A stretch of 64,000 nucleotides of DNA, taken from positions 120,032,001-120,096,000 of the forward strand of contig OZ024743.1 of the NCBI GenBank assembly GCA_964016885.1. The letters run 5' to 3'. How positions within the stretch are numbered: the stretch's first letter is position 1; every line of letters starts with the position of its first letter. Of this stretch, positions 13,066 through 25,720 are shown one piece after another. This stretch comes from Eledone cirrhosa. Lineage: Eukaryota. The notes beneath the pieces are model-generated. The model worked only from the letters and a program-made list of their open reading frames with translations, made no database searches and was not told the DNA's origin. Made by a program: the position numbers and the translations under genes.

Positions 13066-13623
13066 GTCGGGTCACTCTTGAGTGCTACTGGTAACATGTA
13101 ACCCAGTACAACCTGTCACATGGTCGGGTCGTCGGCGACTAAACCGGCAACCACACCAAGTTTACTTGGTGAGGAGGGTGATTTTGGACACCCTGCCGAA
13201 CACCCTGCAGGACAAAAAACAAAACCTGACAAAGGGCGGAAGAACTCATAAGAGTAAACGGCCATCCCAAAGTGTGTAAATATGTATATACACATGTACC
13301 GCGTGGTTAAACCACTGGGAGTGAAGGACCACTAGCCTTTGTCAGGGCATTCTTCTAGGAGAAGGCAACTCAGGAAACTGGGATAACTCCGATATAAAAC
13401 CTGCAGCTCAGTAGTTACCGATGATGTTGATCTTTTCTTCTTTTCAGGTTATAGCTACTGTCGCTCAGAGAGTGGGATTGGCTCAGTGCATAGTCTTTCC
13501 TCACTTTAAAAAATATCTTCACGCACAGGCATTGCACGATATAATTAATTATTAATTATTAATAATGGTATATCGTGCAATGGCCATACTCGATAACGAG
13601 GGGGCAGCCATCATTTATGTATG
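13066..13623 (+). mobile_element. Non-autonomous RTE-derived (bipartite) element, subfamily 2
   Basis: Clear similarity to the reverse complement of 26243-26852 at the 5' part and the 3' tail ggccatactcgataacgag..gcagcca; flanked by (TATG)n. Confidence 0.8.
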
Positions 13624-13659
13624 GATAACTTTGATAACTTTCAAACCTTTGATAGTTTT

Positions 13660-14145
13660 CGGGCAATATTGGCCCAAGCCATGTATGTCTAACTTATAAC
13701 ATCACCTGACGAAGTCTTTCAAATCGGGATTTGGACACCAAATGGGCTTAGGCTGCTTTCACTCTGCAAAGAAATTGATCTTAGCATCCCAAATAGCTTT
13801 TTTCAACAACCTGCAAACCATTAGACGACATGGATGCATCCTAAATCCAAGGATTGGCACACGACGTCACACACAGGCGTGACTTAAGATTTCAAAATCA
13901 CTCGTTCTTTTCACTCCTCTAGCTATCCATTGGATCATACATTGTTGCATCGTAAGCGTTCACCCCCCACACCCCAGTCCCCCACAAAAAAGGTGTCTTC
14001 AAAAGCCACCTATCTCATTCAAGGTTGGGGGTCTTTGAGATTCACTGATGGGAGGCTTTCTGCAACACTTGATTCATCCCTCGATTCAGGCCAGATTTCT
14101 GATGACATTGAGACTTCCTGGAAAACGCTCAATGATGCCACTTAT
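13660..14145 (+). mobile_element. RTE-BovB-like LINE, APE endonuclease remnant
   Basis: NGLRLLSLCKEIDLSIPNSFFQQPANH*TTWMHPKSKDWH motif. Confidence 0.75.
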
Positions 14146-14149
14146 GCAT

Positions 14150-14590
14150 ATATATTAATAAAAGATCGGAGGCTATATTCAGTTGATTCAGGTTTATCTA
14201 AAACTCCGTTATTACATATTTCACTGAGGACTATCAATTATGATAGCTTGAGCTCTTCAGACGACAAAACCTAAAATAAACATAGAGAGTTTCTAAGAAA
14301 CCCTTAAATTTGGAAAAAATCGAATAATTTCCCCCAAAAAATATTTTCTTTTCATGATACAGGGGTCAGCCGAACGCGTGGTGTTGTTCCTTCGACGGCC
14401 GTTCCCTAGGGAAATTATTAGATTTTTCCAAATTTAAGGGTTTCTTCGGAACTTTCTATGTTTATTTTAGGTTTTGCCGTCTGAAGAGCTCAGGCTATCA
14501 TAATTGATGGTCCTCGGTGAAATGTGTATAACGGAGTTTTAAATAACCCTGAATCAACTGAATATGGCCTCCGATCTTTTATTAATATAT
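14150..14590. mobile_element. Fold-back element with ~183-bp inverted arms, each carrying a type I HHR
   Basis: 14150-14333 is the reverse complement of 14409-14590. Confidence 0.85.
14477..14534 (+). ncRNA. Type I hammerhead ribozyme motif
   Basis: CCGT-CTGAAGA-[stem II with ctatca-taat-tgatgg]-GAAA-TGTGTATA-ACGG; mirror copy on the minus strand at ~14206-14264. Confidence 0.7.
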
Positions 14591-14700
14591 AATGCTCCGT
14601 CTTGCACCATTTATACAGGTCGTTGAGCGCTTCTTTTTATCTGCTTCACAACCGACAGACCATAACGTGATCCACACATCTCTGTTCTGTTAACCCCTTA

Positions 14701-14808
<108 letters not shown>

Positions 14809-14828
14809 ATATACATACATGCATAGAT

Positions 14829-14862
<34 letters not shown>

Positions 14863-15019
14863 GTATACATGGACCCGTAACACCTGAGGGATTTATTGAC
14901 ATACGGCGTTTCTAGGGCATTTTTAACCCTGGAACAGCCCATCTCTGAATACAGCAGATTTCTTCCAGAGAAACATAGAGAGTGGAAGAAAAGAATTAAG
15001 AAAGAGATATAGAAGAAAA

Positions 15020-15162
15020 ATCTACTCCCAGTACTAGACTGGTATTTTTTTTATTGACCATAAATGGATAAAAGGCAAAGTTGAACTCACAGAGCAGAGT
15101 GTTGGAACGAATACTGCAACGCATTCTTTATGAATCTTCCAATGAATCTTTCAATTTGCCTC
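15020..15162 (-). mobile_element. Degenerate SINE copy
   Basis: ccagtactagactggta...aaaggcaaagttgaactc. Confidence 0.55.
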
Positions 15163-15174
15163 TTTAACAACTAA

Positions 15175-16250
15175 AATGAAAGCCTATAAAAATTGTAAGC
15201 AGCAGACACACTCCTCACGTAGAAAGACGAAGGTTGCCTGATGGGTAACTAAAGCAGATGAACTAAAAAGACACTACTGATAAAAGACTCAAGGGCCTTT
15301 TATAGTAGTCTGAAGGTGGTGCATAATCCAAAGGAGACCAGGTCAAATCCAATTCTATCTTCGGATGGTACAACCTTATACACTGATAGAGCTGAGATAC
15401 TCTCTCGATGGAAGGAACACTTTGAAAAGGTCCTTAATGCTGAGTCAAAACTAGGTGTAGATATAATATCCTCTATTCCACAAAGGCCGCAGGTACCCCA
15501 ATTAGCAGTTATGTCAAATGGTGAATGCCCTGAACATTTTGGTGTCACAAGCCGTACGAAACAGGATTGCGTCATGACTCCTGTTCTCTTTGCTTTGTTC
15601 TTCTCCGTAATGCTCCAGTATGAATTTGACGACTTAGACACTGGTGTTAGATTTGAATTCCGTACATCGTCTACGTGGTGTCAAATTTATATATCCCTGA
15701 AAACGAAAGTTGCAGTTTATCGAGCAGTGGTACTAAAAACACTTTTATAATGCTCGGAGTCATGAACACATTATCGCACCCACATTTATATGTGCGACGT
15801 CTTCCACAAACATTGTTTTCGCTCTATCTGTGGGTATACACTTTCTAACAGATTCTCCAATGCCAATCTGTTCACGAGATGAAGCCTCGGTGGGATTGAG
15901 TCATTTTTGATGCAATCCTTTCTCAGGTGGTCTGGTCATGTCCTATCGGTAACTGAAGACCGCACACCCAAGTACTGTTATACAGGCAATTTCATAATGT
16001 GCGTAATGTAGGCAAACCATTACACAGATATAAAGACAAACTAAACATACTGCTTACTTATTTCGAAGCCCGGTCATGGAAAATGGAGAACTCTCTGTTA
16101 TAAAGATATAAAGAACTTTGAAAAATCTCGTCTGGTCCATCTTCGTGATCCGATCAAACCTTTAAGCCTGTTCCGCTTAAAATCCTGTTATCTGCACTAA
16201 ATGCGGCTTAATTGGTAAATCATCAGCTGGACTAAAGCTCCACTCAAGTT
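15175..16250 (+). mobile_element. RTE-BovB-like LINE, internally deleted ORF remnant (continuation of 13660)
   Basis: ILSRWKEHFEKVLN; KQDCVMTPVLFALFF; TKVAVYRAVVLKTLL; LRWSGHV; terminal CTKC..SSAGLKLH Zn finger. Confidence 0.85.
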
Positions 16251-16420
16251 GAGGTTAGAATCAGGGTTAGGGCATGAGTTAAGGTTGGGATAGGATTAGT
16301 GATAGGGTAAGGATTAGTTTTAGAGTTAGGGTTACGGTTAGATTATGGTCAGTTTAAGGTTAAGATTAATGCTAGGTGTAGAGGTATGATTAGTGTTAAG
16401 GTTTAAGTTTAGGATAAACG
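16250..16420 (+). repeat. Degenerate TTAGGG-like repeat tract
   Basis: Many ggttag/gttagg/agggtta hexamers. Confidence 0.65.
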
Positions 16421-17065
16421 TTCAGGTGTGGTTACCATTTGTGGGACAAGTTTGGGGTGTTGCCTGTCGCTCGCTAATCGGACAAGGCGGTCTGTGAAAA
16501 TTCCAGTCTAGAGTTATATAGAGGACTAGTGGTGGGCAAGTGCGACACCGTTCTCAGGGAGGCTCCGGGCGCCGACGAAATATGACTGTTCCATAAAAGC
16601 TTCGAGCCGAGGACTTTGAAAAACTCCCATAAATACCTGGCTTGATAGTGCTACCGATGGGGGGGGGTACTGTCTGTTCGAGATAAACACTATAGGCACG
16701 GAAGTGTGGTCAGACAGACCTGTGCGTGAGGCGCGCTGAGCAACAAATCCACTCTGCACTCAATCGTCCTACTATCGCGGTAGCACGGATCGAGCTATCG
16801 ACTAAATTTATTGTGAAGATCGCTCTGCCTTATTCTTTTGGCCGGCAAAGCCAGGCAGTTTTCCTTTGCCTGGTAGCTGTAACGAAAGATAGACACTGAA
16901 AGGACTAAAGATAGACACTTTCCTCTCCGGCCAATCCTTCATCAACTTTTTCAAGTTCCACTTGGAAAGAAAGGTGAGGATGGAGAGGGAAGTGATGCAC
17001 CCTAGTACATTTGTTAAAAGATGGGTGAATGTAGCGAGAATGACCCGTGTGAATGGGCCTACTCT

Positions 17066-17066
<1 letters not shown>

Positions 17067-17155
<89 letters not shown>

Positions 17156-17157
17156 TG

Positions 17158-17226
<69 letters not shown>

Positions 17227-17254
17227 TCAGCAGTAGCAGTAGTAGTAGTAGCAC

Positions 17255-17314
<60 letters not shown>

Positions 17315-17332
17315 CAGCAGCAGCAGCAGCAT
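17067..17332. repeat. (TAG)n/(CAG)n microsatellite
   Basis: Direct reading. Confidence 0.97.
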
Positions 17333-17457
17333 GATGTGCCTGCTTGGAGTTAAGTAATCAAATGAAAGAACTAGTGGGATAAGAAAAGATTAAGTTAAAC
17401 GAAACAAAAACAACTTCAATGGCAATGATACCAGATCTTTAAAAAATTAAGCAAAAC

Positions 17458-17803
17458 ATGTGTGTATGTGTGTGTCTGTGTGTGTGTGTGTATGTGTGTG
17501 TGTGTGTGTGTGTATGTGTGTGCGTGTATGTATGTGTATGTGTGTGCGCATATATATGCGTGTGTGCGTGTATGTATGTGTATGTGTGTGCGCATATATA
17601 TGCGTGTGTGCGTGTGTGTGTGCGTGTGTATGTTTTCGTGTGTATGTGCGTATGAGTGGGTATGTGCATGTATGTGTGCGTGAATGTGTGCGTGTGCATG
17701 TGTGTGTGTATGTGTACGTGTATGTGCGTGCGTGCGTGTGTGTGCGTATGAGTGTGTGTGTGTGCTTGCATGTGTGTGCATGTATGTGTGTGCATGTGCG
17801 TAT

Positions 17804-17863
<60 letters not shown>

Positions 17864-17925
17864 ATTTATGAGTATGTGTGTGTATGTGTGCATATATGTG
17901 TGTTTGTGTGAGTGTGTGTGTATGT
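17458..17925. repeat. Imperfect (TG)n tract
   Basis: Direct reading. Confidence 0.95.
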
Positions 17926-18290
17926 AAGAACAACAATGATTACGACAGTTATAGACAACAAAAACAATAACAAACAACAAATATCAAACAAAATATCAAA
18001 TGAAGAAAACGAAAGAACAGGTTGATATCGAGGCTATATTAGTTTCTATTCGCCTAAAGATCCTCATGAATTAAATATTTGACGGGCGTATATTCTTGTG
18101 AAAGGCAAGAGGTGCACCGCAAGGCAAGCGGCGTCATGGAAGCATGACTTGCTTCTTGGCATTATAGCTGTGACACTCAGCTACAAACACCTCAAAACAA
18201 AAGAAACAATGAAGAAGATGAAAAAAAAAAATGCCTCCTGTTGTTACTAGATGAGATAAGTTTTGTTAGGTCGTTGATGGAGATGATGGA

Positions 18291-18336
<46 letters not shown>

Positions 18337-18430
18337 TTATTTCTATTGTGATTATTGTTTATGAGTTTATTCATTAACACGCGTGTGTGCATGGGCGCGC
18401 ACGATTTGTGTGTGTGTGTGTGTGTTTCTC

Positions 18431-18538
<108 letters not shown>

Positions 18539-18824
18539 TGTGTGACTGGAACACGCCTATCCAACCTCACGCACCACGTGGTGTGTTCAACCCAGCAGAA
18601 CTGGATGTAGAGGCTATCCTCTTGTGCGCATTTGTAAACATATGACGTTTTTTTCTTTCCCACTTTCTTTCTGTTTAATTTACACATGCTTTTGTGCATG
18701 TTCGTGTTTGGTTTTCCTTATATATATATATATGTGTGTGTGTGTGAGAGAGAGATAGATAGAGAGAGATGTGCTTGTATGGATGGATATTGGGAATCAT
18801 ATATTTTGTTTGACTCCTTTTATA

Positions 18825-18872
<48 letters not shown>

Positions 18873-19300
18873 TAGTTAGAGTTAATTTAAATTAATCTAG
18901 TTCTGTATGGGGTTGTCATCTCGTATACGTCTAGCTCATTCTGGCTACTACCGTATGTCGGACCACTCATTAATGTCACCAATGGCTATTTCAAAGTTAC
19001 CCACTTATGCTTAGCACTGTATAGCATCCCGTATAATATCCTGTATAGATATTATTCTCATGTATACCAACTTCTGCATGGCTACCACCATACAGCTATA
19101 TATGTTGACAAGTTTTGTTGGTTTGCTTCCACTATATGGCATTTTCAGTCTGATTAATACCTTCAGATTTAATACTACTGCATGCTTTAACTCAGTACGC
19201 TTTCCATTGCTGCATGGTTATCTCGGAGTAGATACCACTGGTTAGCTAACTCTGCGCGTGTGTATGTGTGTCTGTGTGTGTGTGTGTGTGTGTGTCTGTC

Positions 19301-19412
<112 letters not shown>

Positions 19413-19675
19413 TGTGTGTAGCTGCGTGTGTGTAGCTACGTGTGTGTTTGTGCGCCTATGTATGGCTACTAATACATAAGAGCCTCTGTATAGTCTGTAG
19501 AACCTCGATATGGTTACTACATGAAAATACAACGGAGCCGAAAGGTACTTGAAACATTAACACACGCGGATTTGGGATCGTTATCGTTTCAAACAAAGCG
19601 TAAACAACTAAATACGAAAAATATTCAATAAAATGTTTTAATTAGAGTATAATCACGTTTTCAACACACATACCT

Positions 19676-19718
<43 letters not shown>

Positions 19719-19721
<3 letters not shown>

Positions 19722-19851
19722 TTCCTCCGGTTGCAACGTTTTTTGAAATATCCACTTCTGCGTTTACAGATTGACTTTGTTAGTTTCAGAAGATCCCGTT
19801 AAGGGTGAAAGCAGCGATTCTTTGCTTAAACTTTAATCTGTTATTTTAATA

Positions 19852-19853
<2 letters not shown>
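19719..19853 (+). mobile_element. Solo Penelope-like 3' terminal repeat with HHR
   Basis: Essentially identical to 51887-52021; (TA)n on both sides. Confidence 0.85.
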
Positions 19854-19950
<97 letters not shown>

Positions 19951-20245
19951 AATAGAATGAAACGAAATTTCATTTCTCACTCTTAGTACGGCACTTACTT
20001 AAATATTCCATTTATTGGCCGACTGAACTCACTCGATTTGCAAATTAGGCTGCTCAGCCGTTAATATGCATAAGGAAAGTATATACTTTCAGACGTTCAA
20101 CCATCTGGCAGGAAGGTATACGATGCTGACGATAGCTAATAAGCTTGAAACTAGTACATCGTTCCTGTGTCAGTGTTGAACAAAAAGGTGACGTGGTTGC
20201 CTAAACACTGTACGGCGTAATCCGGGCTGTTTGTTTGTTTATCAA

Positions 20246-20533
20246 CGCATGGCTTAGTGGCTAGAGCAGTAGGCTTACAATCGAAAGGTTGTGAGTTCAA
20301 TTCTCAGACCGGGTGATGTGTTGTTTCCTTGAGCAAGACTCTTTATTTCACATTGCTCCAGTTTACTCAGCTGAAAATGAGTACCAGCAATAGCTGGAGG
20401 TTTAACCCTGGTTTAACCCTGCGATGGACTGGCGTCCTGTCCAGGGGGGAGTCTTGTACTCTCAGTCGCTTCACGCCATGAAACCGGGATAAGCACCGGC
20501 CAATTGAGCCTTCTGGCTCAAGACAGACTTTTT
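20246..20533 (+). mobile_element. tRNA-derived SINE with CORE-like and V-domain-like segments
   Basis: A box TGGCTTAGTGG, B box GTTCAATTC, TCCTTGAGCAAGACTCTTTATTTCAC, CCCTGCGATGGACTGGCGTCCTGTCCAGGG; 3' half repeated at 45893-46050. Confidence 0.85.
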
Positions 20534-20606
20534 TATACATGCATACTTATATTTATATATATATATATATGAAAAATCGCGTGCTGCGTTGTTGCAAATG
20601 GGATAC

Positions 20607-20980
20607 ATATAAAATAAAATTAGAACAAGAAGACAGGACTGTCCATCATCAGTGATCTTCCAGCCATCATTGGTATTTATTCGCATTAAAGACCATATAC
20701 CTCAGGCTGATGCGAGCAATAACTAAAAAAAGTTATTGGGTCAGGTAGAATTGGGTGTCGAAAGCGAGGCATGTAAACAAACAGAGATGGTAATGGCAAC
20801 GGAAAGAGAGGAAGAAGAGAAACAAGTCTTCTCTCAATTCTACCTGTCCCAATAACTTTTTTTAGTTATTGCTCGCACCAGCCTGAGGTATATGGTCTTT
20901 AATGCGAAGAAATACCAATGATGGCTGGAAGATCACTGATGACGGACAGTCCTGTCTTCTTGTTCTAATTTTATTCATAT
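20607..20980. mobile_element. Fold-back element with ~145-bp inverted arms near (TA)n
   Basis: 20607-20753 is the reverse complement of 20835-20980. Confidence 0.85.
20850..20954 (+). ncRNA. Pseudoknot-order hammerhead-like motif (core intact)
   Basis: GGTAT-A-TGGTC (20887-97), GAA-ATACC (20909-16), GATCA-CTGATGA (20931-42). Confidence 0.55.
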
Positions 20981-20984
20981 ACAT

Positions 20985-21020
<36 letters not shown>

Positions 21021-21029
21021 AATATAAAT

Positions 21030-21220
21030 TAGCGAGAATCGTATTTCGGCTTTGGAAATTAGCGAAAAACAACTTCCGAGATGTGTGGCAAGCGCTCAAT
21101 AATTCTAACGAACCAGAGCTACAACATACGTTAAAAGGCCAAACACACTGAGACGATGGTTAAACCATTATCCGCACAGCCATAGAAACGACCAAGTAAT
21201 TCGGGTCAAACAAATAAAAA
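21030..21220. repeat. Unclassified dispersed repeat, homologous to 46125-46315
   Basis: Shared colinear blocks cgagaatcg, atgtgtggca, aaccagagcta, aacgacca, ttcgggtca. Confidence 0.7.
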
Positions 21221-21835
21221 AATATGATTGAAAAATTTACCCGGACCCCTGGATGGTTGGTAAAAATCCACCATTTGGGTTTCTGCGACTCCTAAATCAA
21301 GTACTGTCCGCCTAGACAAATAATGTTAGGCTTCTGGTAAGATGATTGAACAAGGAAGTCACTTTCTCAATAGGCTTTTAGTTCAAGTGCCAGGCCAAGG
21401 ATTGACCGTTACCAATACCCACGTGGGGCTCGATATATATATAAGGTGTGTGAATGATGAGCATTTGTTACACATGCATGCAATCATACATTCATACATT
21501 CATACACAGATTGTTTAGATATATACATCTATGCATATGCGTGTAAGTACACACGCACTGGCATTCATACACACACACACACATAAATATATATATAGAT
21601 ATATTTATATTTATGTATAAAGAAGAGACGTTTTTATGTATTCAACCTTTGTTTATTATAATATCCTGTTATAAACAGAAGACGTAGACAACATAAAACC
21701 GTATCTCTTATTTATAACATTGATACCCGTCTGCTACCATAAGTAATACCTTAAGGTACCCACGTTGTGGAGTGCTTACGTCTGTTTACACTCTTGTAGG
21801 TCGATTAATTGGTCTACCAACGTTTCTTTACATAG

Positions 21836-21879
<44 letters not shown>

Positions 21880-22230
21880 ATAATAATAAATATGAAGACT
21901 AAAATCCAAAGAGGACTCGATAAGGATAAATAATAGAATTTGGAAAATAAATAAAGAACGAAAACACGGTAAAACGAAAAAAAAAAATTGAAAATAAGAA
22001 CAAACAATACACACAGAACTCGAAGGTCTTCAGCCGTCAGAATGGACTTTCTGGCAGTTTCGGACCCTACCAACGGTACTGCTGGTCCACCTAGTACCAT
22101 AGTGTCTGACACAAGACAAGAGAGAACAAAAACTTAAAGTAATTAAGCCATAACAGGGACACTTATATATATATATATATATATATATAGTTTTGCGAGG
22201 TTTTTGATATGAAATCGTGTGTCGAAACAA

Positions 22231-22709
22231 ATATTGTTATACTTGGGGAGGGTCATATTTGTGTAATATTGCCAGAATTAATAACAGAACACAGTCACTG
22301 TTTGGTTGGTTTTCGCTTTTCGCTTCTGTGTCTTTTATATCGGTAATCTAATTTATTCGGTCCTCAATGTTGCCATTGACTGACCAACGGTCAAAAATAA
22401 TACAGATACAATATAGACACAAACACATATATATAGTTTATCAAAGTTCTTTCGTTGCACATCTGCAACATCGTCAGTGGTGCAGATGTGCAACGAAAGA
22501 ACTTTGATAAACTATATATATGTGTTTGTGTCTGTATTGTATCTGTATTATTTTTGACCGTTGGTCAGTCAATGGCAACATTGAGGACGGAATAAATTAG
22601 ATTACCGATATAAAAGACACAGAAGCGAAAAGCGAAAACCAACCAAACAGTGACTGTGTTCTGTTATTAATTCTGGCAATATTACACAAGTATGACCCTC
22701 CCCAAGTAT

Positions 22710-22717
<8 letters not shown>
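22231..22717. mobile_element. Near-perfect palindrome with 237-bp arms and an HHR at the centre
   Basis: 22231-22467 is the reverse complement of 22481-22717 (about 3 mismatches by eye); 13-nt spacer. Confidence 0.92.
22440..22480 (-). ncRNA. Hammerhead ribozyme core (5'-truncated)
   Basis: CCA-CTGACGA-T-GTTGCA-GATG-TGCAAC-GAAA-GAACTT. Confidence 0.7.
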
Positions 22718-22793
<76 letters not shown>

Positions 22794-23092
22794 GCATACT
22801 GGTGGCGGGGTCTTTTGTACATGAGTATATATGAAGGTCACACTTTAAATATACGTGTGAAAATATAATTTACATTTTTTTATATATACGTGTGAAAATA
22901 TAATTTACATTTTTCAATTTACCGAAATTTTTGCGTTGTTGCTTTTTCTTTATATATATCCGTATGTCGTTGTTGGCTGAGATAAAAACGTACTCAATAC
23001 CGTAGTAGAATTTTAATATTCATTTTATCAAGGCGAAATAGTGAGTCTTGCTGCTTTGGAGTGACAAGACGCACTACTTAGCATTAATAAAA

Positions 23093-23222
<130 letters not shown>

Positions 23223-23381
23223 TCGATCTCTCTGTTTGCATGTATATATCTTTCGAAATATTTGTTAATTTATCTCTCTCTCTCTCCCTCACTCAGTCCC
23301 TCTCTCTTTCTCTCTCTCTCTCTATCTCACTCTCTCTATTCCTCTTTCCCACACACTCCCTATATATATATATATATATAC

Positions 23382-23419
<38 letters not shown>

Positions 23420-23910
23420 TTGTGCGTGTATACATGCCCGCATATGCTTAAATGTATATGTCTACATAATATGTGTATGCATGTATGATTGCGTACTTGT
23501 GTAACACATACACATCATTCACACATTTTATATATACATGTGTAAATAGACGTGAAACACGTGTATACATGTTCATGTGTATGTACGATTAGTTATATCA
23601 GCGGATGAACGGATTGTTTCTGCGGATGTAATGTACGGTCCGTGACCATCGTAAGTTAAACAGCCTAGTGTTGAAAATCAACTAATTCGAGGGCATTGTT
23701 TAATCAAAGAAATAGCCAGAACGAACGACAGACAACGGAACCATTCTTTTCCAGTGCATTCGGCTATTGTCAATTAATAATCTTTTCAATAAATGTCACT
23801 TTTTAGCTGCTACGCTTTGCTGACTTCCTAGCGACAAAAGTTTCTCTCAACTTTTCTCATATATCCTATAGTCTGCAACTCAACGCAACTACTCTAGTCT
23901 CCAGATGAAT

Positions 23911-23950
<40 letters not shown>

Positions 23951-24050
23951 TGTGTCTCTGTGTGTGTGTGTGTGTGTATGTGTGTGTGTGAATGTGAGTG
24001 TGTGTGTGTGTGTGTGTGTCTGTGTGTGTGTGTGTATGTGTGTGTGTGTG

Positions 24051-24138
<88 letters not shown>

Positions 24139-24463
24139 TGAGTTTGTATTTGTTGTGTAATATGTGCTTGCTTGTCTCAACGTGTGTACGTGGGTGTTAG
24201 TTTTTTGCCACTTTCCCACCAACCTTCGCTGTCTTTACTTTATAACTACCACGCCTCTCCCCATTCTCCCTCTCTCTCTTTCTATCTTTCTCTCTCTCTA
24301 TCTCTCTCTTTATCTATCTATCTATCTATCTATCTCTATATATATGTGTGTGTGTGTGTATGTATGTATCTGTGTATGTACATATATATGTGTGTGTGTG
24401 TGTGTATGTGTATGCGTATGTGTTTGTGTTTGTGTGTGCGTGTGTGAATTTATATATATAGTA

Positions 24464-24756
<293 letters not shown>

Positions 24757-25364
24757 TAATATATATATATTAATATATACCTACTCGTACTTTTTCCCGC
24801 CAAGTGTGTGTATTACAATGTAAATATACGTGTCTCTATGTGTGTTTGTTTATGTATGCTTATATTTTGCTTTACATAAATGGCCTATTATATTGTATAC
24901 ATTTAGACACAGACAGAAACATACACACACACACACACACCCATTCAAATACACGCGTGCGACACCACCACCACCCCATATATATATATATATGTGTGTG
25001 TGTGTGTATATATATACCCACACTTGTATACATACAGATATATACATACATAAATACTTACATACATACGTTCGTACGTGCGTATATATATATGAACAAA
25101 TAAACACTGTTAGCGTAAATTTGTGAGGCTTGAAAACTGTCAAATATAAACACGTTTAAGTAAATACCAATACTCAAATGATTGACATTAGATATACACT
25201 TCTGTGTATATCTATCTATACATACATACATACATGTATACATACATGTGCATACATACATACATATACATACACACACACATACATACATACATACATA
25301 CATACATACATACATACATACATACATACATACATACATACATACATACATACATACATACAGA

Positions 25365-25575
25365 CAAAACTTCTGCATGTACACATATATAGATACAAAA
25401 CATATGCACATGCACTCATATGATAACACCCATACCTGCACACACATGCATGCAGACATGCAGACATATCTACCTAGTTGATGTTGTCTAAATTCCAATG
25501 AAAGAGTCTTCTGTCTATGTTAGAACCGGACTCTCTCTATTGGTAAAAATGTATAAAATTATGAAACCAGAAGAA
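25365..25575 (+). mobile_element. R4/Dong-type LINE 3'UTR fragment in (CATA)n
   Basis: Matches 61800-62030 (tacctagttgatgttgt..aattccaatg..aaccagaagaa). Confidence 0.85.
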
Positions 25576-25720
25576 CATACATACATAGATACATACAAAC
25601 ATGCATGCATGCATGCATACATACATACATACATACATACATACATACATACATACATACATACATACATACATACATACATACATACATACATACATAC
25701 ATACATACATACATACATAC

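Noticed and set aside
16250-16420. Interstitial telomere
   Set aside because: Too degenerate and short; such tracts are common inside repeats.
16808-17066. Minus-strand ORF containing SIFSPFSVYLSL, reminiscent of a serpin motif
   Set aside because: Only one short motif, no other serpin features, and the ORF begins in a microsatellite.
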